The notes beneath the pieces were generated by a model. The model worked only from the letters and a program-made list of their open reading frames with translations. It was not told the origin of the DNA and did not search any database. From Octopus vulgaris (Eukaryota), in the NCBI GenBank assembly GCA_951406725.2, contig OX597838.1, forward strand, positions 4,340,001 through 4,404,000: a stretch of 64,000 bases of DNA, in the 5' to 3' direction. Below are positions 26,859 through 41,280 of this stretch, in pieces. The position numbers and the translations under genes were made by a program. Position 1 is the stretch's first letter. Every line of letters starts with the position of its first letter.

Positions 26859-29800
26859 CTGGTGCAATCCCATGGTCATTCATGACCGAAGGGGATCCTT
26901 ACCCTTGTCGACTGAAAAACTTAGAAGCTGACCATTATTCCCTCATGGAATGTGACCAAGTGAGATTTATTTTTCAACATAGTCCCCTGCTTGTGGTCCA
27001 CACACTTCTTCCATCGGTGTTGCAGTGCTCGGATCCCATTGGTGAAGAGGCTTTCATCCTGTTGGTCAAAAAAAATCATCAACAGCAGACATGATGTCAT
27101 CATCACTGTGATGCTGGGTCCCATCTAAGTGTTTCTTTCATGTTGGGGAACAGATGATAGTCAGCTGAGGGGCCAAACCAGGAGGGTAGGGATGGTTATC
27201 AACCAGTTCAAAGCTGTCATCCCACACAGCAACCATTGAAAGCAAGGACTTGTGTTGCAGGAGCATTGTGTTGATGAAACAAGACCCCTTTCATCAGTTC
27301 TCCCAGGCATTTGATCTTGATAGACTTTCATAACTGCCTCAGTAAGCTGGCATGACCATACCATCATTGATGGTATGGTCCTTTTGAAGATAGTCAATAA
27401 ACACTACCTTTTGCATCCCAAAAAAGCTGAGGTCCTCACCTTCCCTATACACTAATCACTTGCCATATCGCGGTTCACCTATCACACCCTCAGTACATTG
27501 AGGATTTTTCTGGCTAATATAGGTAAATTTATATCATAGACTCCTCAATATATAGTGGGTTTCTGCGGTCAATAGGTATTTATATTTTTTTAGATTTTAA
27601 TTATTTCTGTGGTAAAATAAGCATTTTCATGCCTAAAAATTAATAAATTTATAAATTGAAATACAATACTGCACTGTATAACACATTGATTGAAATATAT
27701 TGAAAGAAAATATGTTAGTGTACCGTAGATGAGTAAACAAAGAACTGTACTTACTGTATGGAAAATGAAATTTGAGAGGCAAAAACAGAGGCGACACGGA
27801 TACTCCTAAGAGTGTAGAGAGAGTTTATAAAAGCTCAAATACATGAAAATAAGACATATAAATTACGAAAATAATAAAAAAATATACAGTACTGTTTCTT
27901 ACTTCTTTATTGCCCACAAGGGGACAAACAAGGACAGACAAAGGAATTAAGTCGATTACATTGACCCAGGGCGTAACTGGTACTTTATTTATTGACCCTG
28001 AAAGGATGAAAGGCAAAGTCGACCTCGGCGGAATTTGAACTCAGAACGTAATGGCAGAGGAAATACCTATTTCTTTACTACCTACAAGGTGCTAAACACA
28101 GAGGGGACAAACAAGGACAGACAAACGGATTAAGTTTATTACATCAACACCAGTGTGTAACTGGTACTTAATTTATCGACCCCGAAAGGATGAAAGGCTA
28201 AGTCGACCTCGGTGGAATTTGAACTCAGAATGTAACGGCAGAGGAAATACCGCTAAGCATTTCGCCCGGTGTGCTAACCACTCTGCCTTTTGATGGTGTT
28301 TTCGAATGTGAAATCCGTGATAGGCGAGGGATTACTGTTGAGGAAACGACCTTGGCCTTGTTAGGAGCAGATGAGGAGTGGGGTTTTTTTTCCCCACCGC
28401 ATGGATCGTCTCTTTGTTTCTGGTTCAAAATGATGAAGCCAACTCGTACCCTGGGATTAGGAAACATTCAAGGCAACCAGCTGGATTTGCTTCAAACAAC
28501 GTTAAATTTTCTTGTGATGTGACCAGCCTGGTGCGCTTTTGACCAGTTGTCAGAGGATGTGGTGCCCACCAAGCAGAAACCTTCATCATGTCAAGTTCAC
28601 TGTGCAAAACATTTTCAACTCTCACATGAGATATGCCAATAGCATTGGCTGTTTGATTTATAGTTAATTACCTGTCGTCCATCAGCAGGTGGTGAACACG
28701 ATCAATGTTTTCCTCACAGGTGGCAGTTGCAAAACATTCAGACCTTGAGCCATCTTCAAAACTCTCCCTTCCCTTCCTAAATTTCTCTGTCCCCTTTTGC
28801 ACTGTTGATAAAGTTGGAGTTTCATCTCTTAATGTAGCAACCATGTCCTTGGAGGTTAATCCCCTTTTCTGCAGGTACTCGATAACAGCCCAATGCCAAG
28901 TTCTCTTGATTTCTCAAGAGAAGTCGCTACTAATTACATTTGAAGTGCTCTTCGTACACTCAGGTGTCAGTTTATCTGTTTGTTTATGTCATTTTACAGT
29001 ATGTGGAATTGTAAATGGTACCAACTGTAACTGCAGGCTGACCAATTTCTTGTTAGTGAGTTTCATAGATAGAAACCATAGGAAGCCAATTTTGCACCTC
29101 ACCACTCCCTAAATTCTTCTTCCACTGTCTCCCGTCCTCCTTTCATGCCCTTGCAAATTTACTCACCCACTTGCCCTATCCAGTCCCCTGTTCCATTTCC
29201 ATTCACCTCCCTGTAACTTGCAAGTGCACCCTGACACATCTTTGCTGTTTTCTTTCTCATCTCTTCTCTCTTTTTCCAAGTAGGGTAAGCCATGTATCTC
29301 CCTTACTGTAATACACCTGTTTCTTGTCCCTGCTATCCTACCAAATCCACTAACAAGGCTTTGGTCAGCCCGAGGCTATAGTAGAAGACACTTGCCCAAG
29401 GTGCGACGCAGTGGGACTGAACCTGGAACCATGTGGTTTGTAAGCAAGCTACTTACCACACAGCCACTCCTATGCCTAATAGATTATTATTATGAAAGGC
29501 AGCGAGCTGGCAGACTTGTCTGTACTTCAGCCAAAATGCTTAGTGACAATCCTTCCGGGTCTACATTCTGCGTTCAAATCCTGAATACCTGCACAAAGCC
29601 ACTCTCCTCAATACTATTCCCCACTCACTCATTTAAGGTGGTGGTGATGATGGGGTCTTGTGTTGCAAGTTACTTGGTGACCTTACTGGAGTCCTGCTGA
29701 AATGCACCTGGTGCCCTCGTGTAAAGTGTTAGGCATTAAGAACGGCATCCAACCATAGAAATCATGCCAAAACAGACAGTGGAGATCAGTGCAGTCTTCT

Positions 29801-30219
29801 GGTTTTCTACCTCCTGTTAAATCATCCAACCCATGCCGGCATGGAAAACCAGATGTTAATTTCTTTTACTTGTTTCAGTCATTTGACTGTGGCCATGCTG
29901 GAGCACCACCTTTAGTCGAGCAAATCGACCCCAGGACTTATTCTTTCTAAGCCTAGTACTGATTTTATAGGTCTCTTTTGCCGAACTGCTAAGTTACAGG
30001 GATGTAAACACACCAGCATCAGTTGTCAAGCGATGTTGGGGGGACAAACACAGACACACACACATGTATATGTATATGACAGGCTTCTTTCAGTTTCCAT
30101 CTACCAAATCCACTCACAAGTAGTCGGTGCTTTTACATGCCACCAGCACGAGGGCCAGTCAGGTGGTAAACTAAACACATATAATAAATGATACATATAT
30201 ATAAATATGATACATACAT

Positions 30220-30258
<39 letters not shown>

Positions 30259-31399
30259 CATATATATGCACACATGTATGTGTATATATATACACACATA
30301 TATGTATCATATTTGTATGTATGTAGGCGCAGGAGTGGCTGTGTGGTAAGTAGCTTGCTAACCAACTACATAGTTCCGGGTTCAGTCCCACTGCATGGCA
30401 TCTTGGGCAAGTGTCTTCTGCTATAGCCCTGGGCCGACCAATGCCTTGTGAGTGGATTTGGTAGACGGAAACTGAAAGAAGCCTGTCGTATATATGTATA
30501 TATATGTATGTGTTTGTGTTTGTTCCCCTAGCATTGCTTGACAACTGTTGCTGATGTGTTTATGTCCCCGTCACTTAGCGGTTCGGCAAAAAGAGACCGA
30601 TAGAATAAGTACTGGGCTTACAAAAAGAATAAGTCCCGGGGCCGAGTTGCTTGACTAAAGGGCGGTGCTCCAGCATGGCCGCAGTCAAATGACTGAAACA
30701 AGTAAAGAGTATGTATGTATGTATTATTCGTATATATATATGTGTGTGTATGTATGTATCATATATGTATGTATGTATCATTTATTATATATGTTTAGCT
30801 TAACCCGATATAAGATCTGTATTAATTTGTAACCCCTCCCCCCTGTTCACTGAATATTTCCTGTGGTCATGCACTGACCTACTTATTACACACTGTACAG
30901 TAATTGACTGGCTGACTCCTTCCTATCTCTACTGTACAGTTGCAATAGCTTAACAGCTGTTCCTTTCACAGCTTTAACTTTACAAGCTTCACCCCCCCCC
31001 CCAGCTGTTTTTAATATAAATGCAATTATATAGTGGGGGACTCCCTGTCCCTATTATTTAGGGCACAGGTGATATTGATACGAAGGTGACTGGTTGTTTG
31101 GGAGTGGGGATGGGTGAGGTGGGGGTGGTGCAGTTAATTCATTGATTGGTGTCTTTTTACTTTCAACAACTCTTTTACTCTTTTACTTGTTTCAGTCATT
31201 TGACTGTGGCCATGCTGGAGCACCGCCTTTAGTCGAGTAAATCGACCCCAGGATTTATTCTTTGTAAGCCCAGTACTTATTGTATCGGTCTCTTTTTGCC
31301 GAACCACTAAGTGACGGGGACGTAAACACACCAGCATCGGTTGTCAAGCAATGCTAGGGGGACAAACAAACACACACACACACACATACATATATATAT

Positions 31400-31446
<47 letters not shown>

Positions 31447-34400
31447 CGACAGGCTTCTTTCAGTTTCCGTCTACCAAATTCACTCACAAGGCATTGGTCG
31501 GCCCGGGGCTATAGCAGAAGACACTTGCCCACTGTATATATTTTGAAAAAAAAAAAAAAGTGAAAGTGCATGGCTCAGTGGTAAGGGTGTCAGGCTCACA
31601 ATCATGAGGTAATGAGTTCAATTCCCAGGCCATGTTGTTTGTTGTGTTCTTGAGCAAGACACTTTATTTCATGTTGCTCCAGTTCATTCAGCCATAGAAA
31701 TGAGTTGCAAAGTCACTGGTGTGAAGGTGTTTCAGCCCCTTTGCCTATCCCTTGGATAACATTGCTGGTGTGGAGAGGGCAGGCTGGTATGCATAGGCAA
31801 CTGCTGGTCTTCTTTAAACAACCTTGCCTGGACTTGTGCCTCGGAGGATAACTTTCTGGGTTCAATCCCATGGTCATCCATCACCGAAGGAGGTCTCTCT
31901 ATCTACTTTGACGTCTAGCTGTTGTGAGTTCAATCCTCAACTAGATCTGAATTTTTCTCGAGATATTCATAGGTGCAGGCATGGCTGTGTGGTTAAGAAG
32001 CTTATTTCCCAACCGTGTGGTCTTGAGTTCTGTCCCACCCCACTGCATCTTTGGCTTTAAAAACATTTATTCATATCACACAATATTCCATGGATGCTAA
32101 ACGATGATGATGATGATTATACTAAACAAAATTACTTTCATAGAAAAAAAAAAAACTGGTGACCACGCTAAGGTGTTGTGAGCAAACTTCTCTCGTGTAT
32201 TTTGTTGCTGTTCCTTCAATTTCTAATTTTATTGTTTTCTCCCTCTTTTTTCTTTTCCCAGGTTCCTCGGCGAAGGCTTTAGTTAGCCTAAAAGAGGGTA
32301 AATATTAAACACATTTCGTTAATTTAAATTCCTCCCTCCCTTTTTTAATTGTAAACTGTCCCTGTAATGTCCTGCTCATATTGATACCCCTGTGGCAAAT
32401 AAAAGAAATCATTATCATCAGGGTGGAGAGCTGGTAGAATTGTTACAAGGCCAGGCAAAATGCTTAGCAACATTTCCATCTGTCTTCATGTTCTGAGTTC
32501 AAATTCCGCCAAGGTCGACTTTACCTTTCATCTTTTGGGGTCAATAAATTAAGTACCAGTGAAATGCTGGGGTTGATGTAATCAACTAGTCCCCTTCCCC
32601 TCAAATTTCAGACCTTGTACCTATAGTAGAAAATGTTATTATCATTAGGATGTCTCCAAGGTCAGCTTTGCCTTTCATCCTTTCAGAGGTTAATAAAATA
32701 AGTACCAGTTATGTACTGGGGCGGGGTCAATGTAATTGACTATCGCCCTCCCCCAAAATTTCAGGCCTTGTGCCTAGAGTAGAATACTCTTTTACTGTGG
32801 CCATGCTGGAGCACTGCCTTTAGTCAAGCAAATCGACCCCAGGGCTGAAATTTTGTGGGAGTAGGGCAAGTCAATCATATTGACCCTCCCCAGAGCTCAA
32901 CTGGTACTCGTTTCATTGACCCAAAAACGATGAAAGGGGAAGCTGACCGCGGAAGAATTTGAACTCAGAATGCAAAGCTGGTTGAAATGCCACTTAGCAT
33001 TTTGTCCAGCATGCAAATGATTCTGCCAGCTCACTCTTTAATAATAATAGTAGTAGTAGTAGTAGTAGTAGTAGCAGCAGCAGCAACAATGATTTCTTTT
33101 ATTGACCATAAGGGCCCAAGATATGGGGGACAGTATCAAAGGATGAAATGCAACACACGGAATCGGTGTGACCCAATCATGCTCCACGATAATGCAAAGC
33201 CACATGTTAAAGGTTAATGCTGCAGAAACTCACAGACTTGGGATACGAGACTTTACCACATCCTCCGTGTTCTCCTGATCTTTCACCCAATGACTACCAT
33301 TTTTTTAAAGCATTTAAACACGTTTTTAAGTGGATAAAACTTCCAGGTCCAAACCAGAGGTGGAACCAGCATTCAAAGATTTCTTAGCACCAGAGCCAAT
33401 AAGTTTTTGTCAGATTCTAGGCATAAATAGCGGTGCCCCAGCATGGCCACAGCTCGTGAGCTGAAACTAGAATCAATCAATCAATCATAAATAATCTCGT
33501 TGATTGATGGCAGAGATGCATATTTTGACTAATCAAAACATTTCTGTTGTTAATTTTTCCAGAATAAAGTTATGATTCTGAAATTGGCCATTATTTTCAG
33601 AACAACCTAATAATAATAATAATAGGGGTTTGAATATTTCACCTCTGGAAACATGGGTGTTTCGTTCAACATCCTTAAACAACCCTTATTCGGGGACCTT
33701 TTGAGCGGGATGGGTTACTCGACCAGAAGAACATTCTAACTGGGCCCCACCTGCAAGGTCATGCGCTGTTTATCTTGATATGAGATCACCATGTTGCACA
33801 CACATATGTTTGTGATGCATGTGCCTGGTGTACCCTTATCAGACGGGTAGTCATGGTGGGTATATTGGGCTTCATATATTTTACCCCAGTGTCACTTTGA
33901 TGGCATGAACTGCTCTCTCACTCAATAATAATAATAATAATAATAGGGGTTTGAATATTTCACCTCTGGAAACATGGGTGTTTCGTTCAACATCCTTAAA
34001 CAACCCTTATTCGGGGACTTTTTGAGCGGGATGGGTTACTCGACCAGAAGAAAATTCTAACTGAGCCCCACCTGCAAGGTCATGCGCTGTTTATCTTGAT
34101 ATGAGATCACCATGTCGCGCACATATGGTTGTGATGAATGTGCCTGGTGTCCCCTTATCAGACGGGTAGTCATGATGGGTATACTGGGCTTCGTATATTT
34201 TACCCCAGTGTCACTTTGATGGCATGCTCTGCTCTCTCACTCAATAATGATAATAATAATAATAATAATTATGATGATGATGTCCTTAATTACTGGATCC
34301 CTGCAGAATGTAAAACATTCCTTTTGCTTGTATTGTTTATGAAGTCCTTTCCTTCTTCTTCTCATTTCATTTCCAATTTTCCAGGCAAAGGTTGCTACAG

Positions 34401-37400
34401 GACGCCCCCTCGACGAGGAAATGTGAGTGATTTTTTAAAGTTCATTTTGTTTTAATTTCTATTGTTAATTACTTGTTAATGGTTTTTGTTAGGTTGATAC
34501 TTTGATTGTTGCTATTGTTGTTGAGTAGATCCTGGTCAGCCCTTTCTGTGTGACCAGACTAAGGGATAATTAGATAGATTAGGGAGGTAAACTAAGATTA
34601 AGAGAGATAAAACAATTGTTTTGAGACAAAATGGTCCCAGTGTTTAGAGCAGGGTTTTGCAACCTTTCTAATATCTGGGCCAGATTTAAAACCTGGATTA
34701 TTTTAGGGGGCTGCATGTGGTAAGAAGCTTGCTGCCCAACCATATAGTTCTGGGTTCTGTCCCACTGCGTAGCACCTTGGGCAAGTGTCGTCTAATATAG
34801 CCTCAGGCCGACCAAAAGCCTTGTGAGTGGATTTGGTAGACGGAAACTGAAAGAAGCCTATTGAATATATATGAGTGTCTGTGTTTGTCCCCCCACCATT
34901 GCTTGACAACCGATGTTGGTGTGTTTACGTCCCTGTAAGTTAGCGGTTCAGCAAAAGTGACCGATAGGATAAGTACTAGGCTTACAAAGAATAAGTCCTG
35001 GGGTTGATTTGTTTGACTAAAGGTACTGCTCCAGCATGGCCGCAGTCAAAATGACAAACAAATAAAAGAATATATATATATATACACATGCACTTAAAAT
35101 GATCCAAGAATATTTTACAAATGAGTAAAGAAATTCTGAGTGCATAGCGTTTGAGTTGAGTAATGAGTGGAGTGTGGACAAATACGTGAGTGATGTTTAA
35201 TTTGACCCTTCAGCATTCAGATTACTTCATCAAATGTAATGCTGAATTAATCTGATTGTTTTGAATTAACCAGGCATTAACCTCGTATCTTTGAGATTTG
35301 GATGATGTGAATGTTTAGTTTGAGAATGACATTGTAGAGTAGGTGTGAGAAGCTGGATCTGGCAAGTCTGAGCATAGAATGGGTGGAATATTTTGGCCGG
35401 ATGCGTCTGGCTTAAATGCTTTAAAGGGTTAAACTTAGACAGTGGGCAACATTTGCCGGAAAATGTTGGTTGGGAAGATTCCAGAAGGATGCTGTTTTAG
35501 GGAGAAAGAATTTGAAGGATATGTTTAGTGCCGAATCCCAAGTGTGAAGACGGTAGTAATAGTTGGGGGCGTATATTCCAGGTGTGCTGTGTGTGTGCTG
35601 CACACCTATCGAAAATGTCGGATTCATTATAAGTATTAACCTTATTTATTAATTTAATCAGAAATCTTAATTGCAAACTTTTGTTGTATCCCTGCTTGGA
35701 ATCGGGTGTGGCAGCGTGCTCAGTACAACAACCACCAAACGCCACGGAGGAGTCGTAACAGGAGGAAGGATGGGTGGTTCAAAAGTTTGTGTGAAGTTAA
35801 ATAGTTGAAAGAATCTAAGAACTAACGAAGGGAACAGTTTGGTATCTCAGTGTCTTGGACCACAGACAATAACAGTGCCAGAGGCACAATGCGAACTACC
35901 GATTTGGCTGATACCAGAATCTACTCTAACTATTTCTGTTTCTCAATTGTCTGTGTAATTCTTTAATCCTTTTTGACACCAGCTCTGGGGTTTGATCTCA
36001 CACACCTATACATACATATATATGCACACACACACAGACACACACACACACATACATATATATGCACATATACATACATGCATACATACATACACACACA
36101 TATTGGATATATTTAAAGTAATTACCACATTTCCAGCTAAAATTAATTGAAAAGCAAAATGAAATACGCCAAAAAATTTGTGTTATTAAGAAATCCTTAA
36201 AACAAAAAAAAAAGATGAAATGTTTCCAGTATTTTCTGTTTGTGGTTTACCGTTTCTCTTTTGTTCTTAAATATTTGCTTTTCTTTTATTTCTGGTTTTA
36301 AATGTGGTCCTTATACTGGCACCCTTTGGGGCAGTAATGAAGGAATTTGGGGCTTCAGTGTATTGAGTTCTGACCAAGTCACTTCCTGTTAGGCCAATGA
36401 TGACTTGCCTTTCATTTCTTATCAGAATAGATAAAATATATACCAAAGAAGGTACCAGGCTTGATATAAGGAACATAAAAGATTAAAAAAAAACAGAACA
36501 AAGAAACGCTCCCAAGAAAAAAATAAACCGTTGGTGACTGTGATGCCCCATTCTGGTCACGGTCCAATAACTGAAATGAATAAGCAAAAGAGAATTTTTT
36601 TTTTTTTTAAGAAATATATTGTTGAAGAAATGGTTAAAGGGTAGAATTTAAAAAAAAACAAAAATTAAAAAAATAAAAATAATGAAAAACAAACACAGAA
36701 GCCATGAAAATGTTGTTTGTAAATTATTTTGTAGCCTCAGAGAATCCGGAAGAAAAACTCTCGGTTTTACAATGAAGAAGAAGAATCTGGTTATTGTATC
36801 AAAACTCCGAAGAAACAAGCGAAAACACCCACATCCAATTTGTCGACATCGGTAAATGTAGTCCTTTTGTAATCACGTACCTGCCTGCATTGTTCGTTGT
36901 TGTCTTAGCCCCTTGGTCAGCCTTGAGAGGAGTAAGTCAGGGACCTCCTACAATCACAGACATTCCATCCTTTTCACCTAACCTAGGGCACAGTATACCT
37001 AGGATCACATTATCTAATCTGTCTTCTTTTTTTTCTTTTAAAGACAGTTGAGTGTAATTTGAAGAGGATTTGACTTCTATTTCTTGCAGGGCAAGTTGAC
37101 CACATAAGGGGCTTACTCATTGTCTTGTGTGTAATCATGTCATATGCATTGTTTAGCAGATTTTTTTTTTCCCAAATTTCTTTTCATATTTTTTTTATTG
37201 CAATATAGTGTGGCCATGAGTTCAAAACCCAGTTACCTTCCTCCATCAAGGTACAGTTTTTCTCCCTCATCCTCCTCTTCTTCCTCGCTACTTTTCCCTC
37301 CACCCAGGCACATTACTTTCCTTTCTCCCCACTTTGTTAGTCCTCTTCCTTCCCCTCCATTCACACAATATTCCCTTCCTTCCTTCCTCATCATCATCAC

Positions 37401-40400
37401 AGGATACCATTTAAATGACGGTAATGTTATCAAGGCGGCAAGCTGACAAAAACGTTAGCACGCCGGGTGAAATGCTTAGCGGTATTTCGTCTGCCGCTAC
37501 GTTCTGAGTTCAAATTCCGCTGAGGTCGACTTTGCCTTTCATCCTTTCGGGGTCGATAAATAAAGTACCAGTTACACACTGGGGTTGATGTAATCGACTT
37601 AATCTGTCTGTCTGTCCTTGTTTGTCCCCTCTGTGTTTAGCCCCTTGTGGGTAGTAAAGAAATAAGTAATGTTATCTTGATGTTCCTTGTAAGTAATCCA
37701 TCCATACTGTTGTAGCTCGGCAGTTTTGACTTGTGAAAACTGGTGGAATAAATATACTGTTGCCATTGGTTACATCAGCATCGTTTTAACATGCAACCTT
37801 CCTGTGCTCAATATGGATCAGATGGAATTTTGTCAAGGCTGGTTCTCCTCAGCCGGGCACCCTTCCTGTCATCAACCTTCACTCTTTCCGAGTAAGGTTA
37901 ATATTTTCCCATGATCAGACGTGTTTTTTCATGAAAGATCAGGAATAGAGGACCCTGTATGATGGTGGCACTCACTTGCAGCTGTCACATGGTGTCGAGG
38001 CAAGGAGCCAGTAACACACACACACGAATACACATGGAAAACAGACAGTAAATGTTGATGCTGATGTGTGTGTGTGTGTGTGTGTGTGTGTGTCATCAGC
38101 CATCATCATCGTTTAATGTCTGCTTTCCATGCTGGCATGGGTTGGACGGTTTGACTGAGGACTGGCAAACCAAGAGGCTGCACCAGGCTCCAGCCTGATC
38201 TGGTAAGGTTTCTACAGCTGGATGCCCTTCCTAATGCCAACCACTCTGAGAGTGTAGTGGGTGTTTTAATGTGCTACCAGTATGGGAGCCAGTCAGGTGG
38301 CACTGGCATTGACCACGCTCGAACGGTGCTTTTTATATGCTAGTCAGGCAGCACTGGCATCGGCCACGCTTGGATGGTGCCTTTTACGTGCCACCAGCAA
38401 AGGTGCCAGTCAGGTGGCACTGGCATTGGCCGCACACATATATGCATACACACTCACCTGACAGGTTTCCTACAGTTTCCATCCACCAGATCTACTCACA
38501 AGGCTTTGGTTAGCTTGGAGCAATAGTAGAAGACACTTGCCTAAGGTACCACGCAGTGGGATTGAACCCAGAGCCATGTGTTTGGGAAACAAACTTCTTA
38601 CCACACCTGCACTTACCTTTGAAAAACAAGGATAGAAGGGTTGGTGACGGGTAGAGTATCCAGCTGTGGATTATCACCTTAATACATAACATCAAACCCA
38701 TTCCTGCATGGGAAAAAATGGATGTACAACAATGATGTCGAGGATGTTGTGATCAAGGGCACATAACTCTGTTTGACTCAGTCTGTCTGACTGACAAAGC
38801 CAGTTCCACTCCTACAACAGAGCTGAGTGCAACGCAAAGAAAGATTAGGGAAAATTTTAAAAATAAGGCTCTGAAGCAACCTGAACATCTATTGAGAGAT
38901 AATGAGTGACCTTCCATGTGGTTGCTTTACCTGCTAGGAATAGCAGCCAAATCTCCCTCACATCACGTTTTAACATCTTTCTGTCATATGAGCTGACATT
39001 ATGATTATGGGGGCCTGGAGCTCCACACCATAACATCTTTCATAACCATTTTACCATCACCACCACCACCACCACCACCTCCTCCACCTCCTCCTCCTCC
39101 CTCCCTGTTTGTCATGATCATTATTGTTGTCATCGCTGGTCATCATAATCATCACCATCATCATCATCATCATAATCATCATCATCATTTTCTCATTCAG
39201 GCAAAAGGTCAGTATTATGAAGAAAGAGCAGGGGGGGGGAGGGTAATTTGATTACCCCCTCCCACATACACACACACACACACACATGCACACACTCTCA
39301 GTACTTGACTGGTATTTAATTTTATCAACTCCCTGAAAGAACGAAAGGCTAAGTCAACCTTGGCAGGAATGTGACGCAAGGCATTTTTTGCAGTACTCTA
39401 ACGATTCTACCAGCTGACCTCATCAATAATGATAATAATAATAATAATAATAATAATCCTTTCTGCTATAGGCACAAGGCTTGAAATTTGGGGGAATGGG
39501 ACTAGTTGATTACATTGACCCCAGTGTTTCACTGGTACTTATTTTATCAACCCTGAATGGATGAAAGGCACAGTTGATTTCGGCAGAATTTGACCCCAGA
39601 ATGTAACGGTGAACAAAATGCTGCTCACCATTTTGCCCGGTGAACCAATGGTTCTGCTAGCTTGCTGCTTTAATAATAATAATAATAATAATGATGATGA
39701 TGATTTCAAATGTTTGCCACAAGGCCAGCTTGGGGGAGGAGATTAAATCAATTACATCGACCCCAGTGCATAACTGGTACTTAATTTATCAACCCTGAAA
39801 GGAATGAAAGGCAAAGTGAACCTCGGTGGAATTTGAACTCAGAACATAGCAGCAGACAAAATACCGCTAAGCATTTCGCCCGGCATGCTAATGGTTCTAC
39901 CAGTTCACCACCTTAATAATAATAATAATGAATAATAATTATAATAATAATAATAATGGATTCAAATTTTGGTGGAGAGCTGACAGAATTGTTAGCGAAC
40001 CAGACAAAATGCTTAGCAGCATTTTACCTGTCACTGCGTTCAGAGTTCAAATTCCACCGAGGGGTTTGGATAATTCACCTTTGGAAACATGGATGTTTCA
40101 TTCAATATCCTTAAACAACCCTTCTTCAGGGAATTTTTAAGCAGGCTTGGGCTACTTGACTTGAAGAAAATTCTAACTTGGCCTCACCTTTTGACTGAAT
40201 AATCTGAATGGTAAAGGGTTAACTCAGTCTGAATAAAGTGAAACCTGTTTGCTGGTTAGCATACTGAAGCGAGTGGAGTTAGGCTACTTTCCCAGTGGCA
40301 CAGTTGAGTGAATCTGGGGAAGGTTTCTTTTTTTTAACCTCTTGACTCCAGTATTACCTGAAGCATGCGAGACACTGCTCCGGTTTTTTTTTATCTAATG

Positions 40401-41234
40401 AGGCCACACAAACACTCAAGTGCCAACAAGCTCATTTCTATTTACATTCACTGTTGTACATTTACGTCTACCTGTTTATGAAAACGAACTATGTGAAGCT
40501 ATTTATCATATGATATGCATGAGTTATTCTGCTCAAGTTAAAAAAAATCGCTTGCATGTGGCACAACTCAAAACACGGAATTATATGCATGTAAAGTATC
40601 CGCATGTCATTGGTCTACTGCTAGTCTCATGACTTGAACGTAACCTAAAATAGATAAGATAATGCACGGGACGGCAAGCATGCATGCACCTCAAGAGATA
40701 AAATACATAATAGCGAACGTAAACATACGTCAGCCGCTAAAAAGTCCGTGATAGATGTAGGGCAACTCTACATCGTATATTTACATTAACCGCAGGTAGA
40801 CAAGCAAAAGTGTGATCGTATATTTGCATCAACCGTTGTCAAGGGGTTAACATCCATTTTTCAATGCTAGCATTATGGACCAAGGCATCTTTCTGTTATT
40901 GTTGCATTGCTTTTGACAAATGTACATCTTTCCTTAAATTACTTTCCAAGCTGAAGTGAGGAGTGCCATTAGGGGCTCATATACAATATTCTAATATTTT
41001 GGCTTCTTTGTAAAGTGGTGAACTGACAGAAAAATGCCCACTGGCTTTTCATCCGTCTTGATGTTCTCGGTTCAAATTTCTATGAAGTCGGCTTTGCGTT
41101 TCATCCTTTCGGGGTTGATAAAATAAGTACCAATTGAACACTAGGGGGTCGATGTAACCAACTCCTCCCCTCCCCCAAAATAGCTGGCCTTGTGCCAAAA
41201 ATTTGAAATCAGTATTTCTGTTTAATTTCTGGTA

Positions 41235-41280
<46 letters not shown>

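Noticed and set aside
35440-35930. Possible minus-strand LINE 3' relic (FFLPKTASFWNLP)
   Set aside because: Only one weak motif; too degenerate to call.
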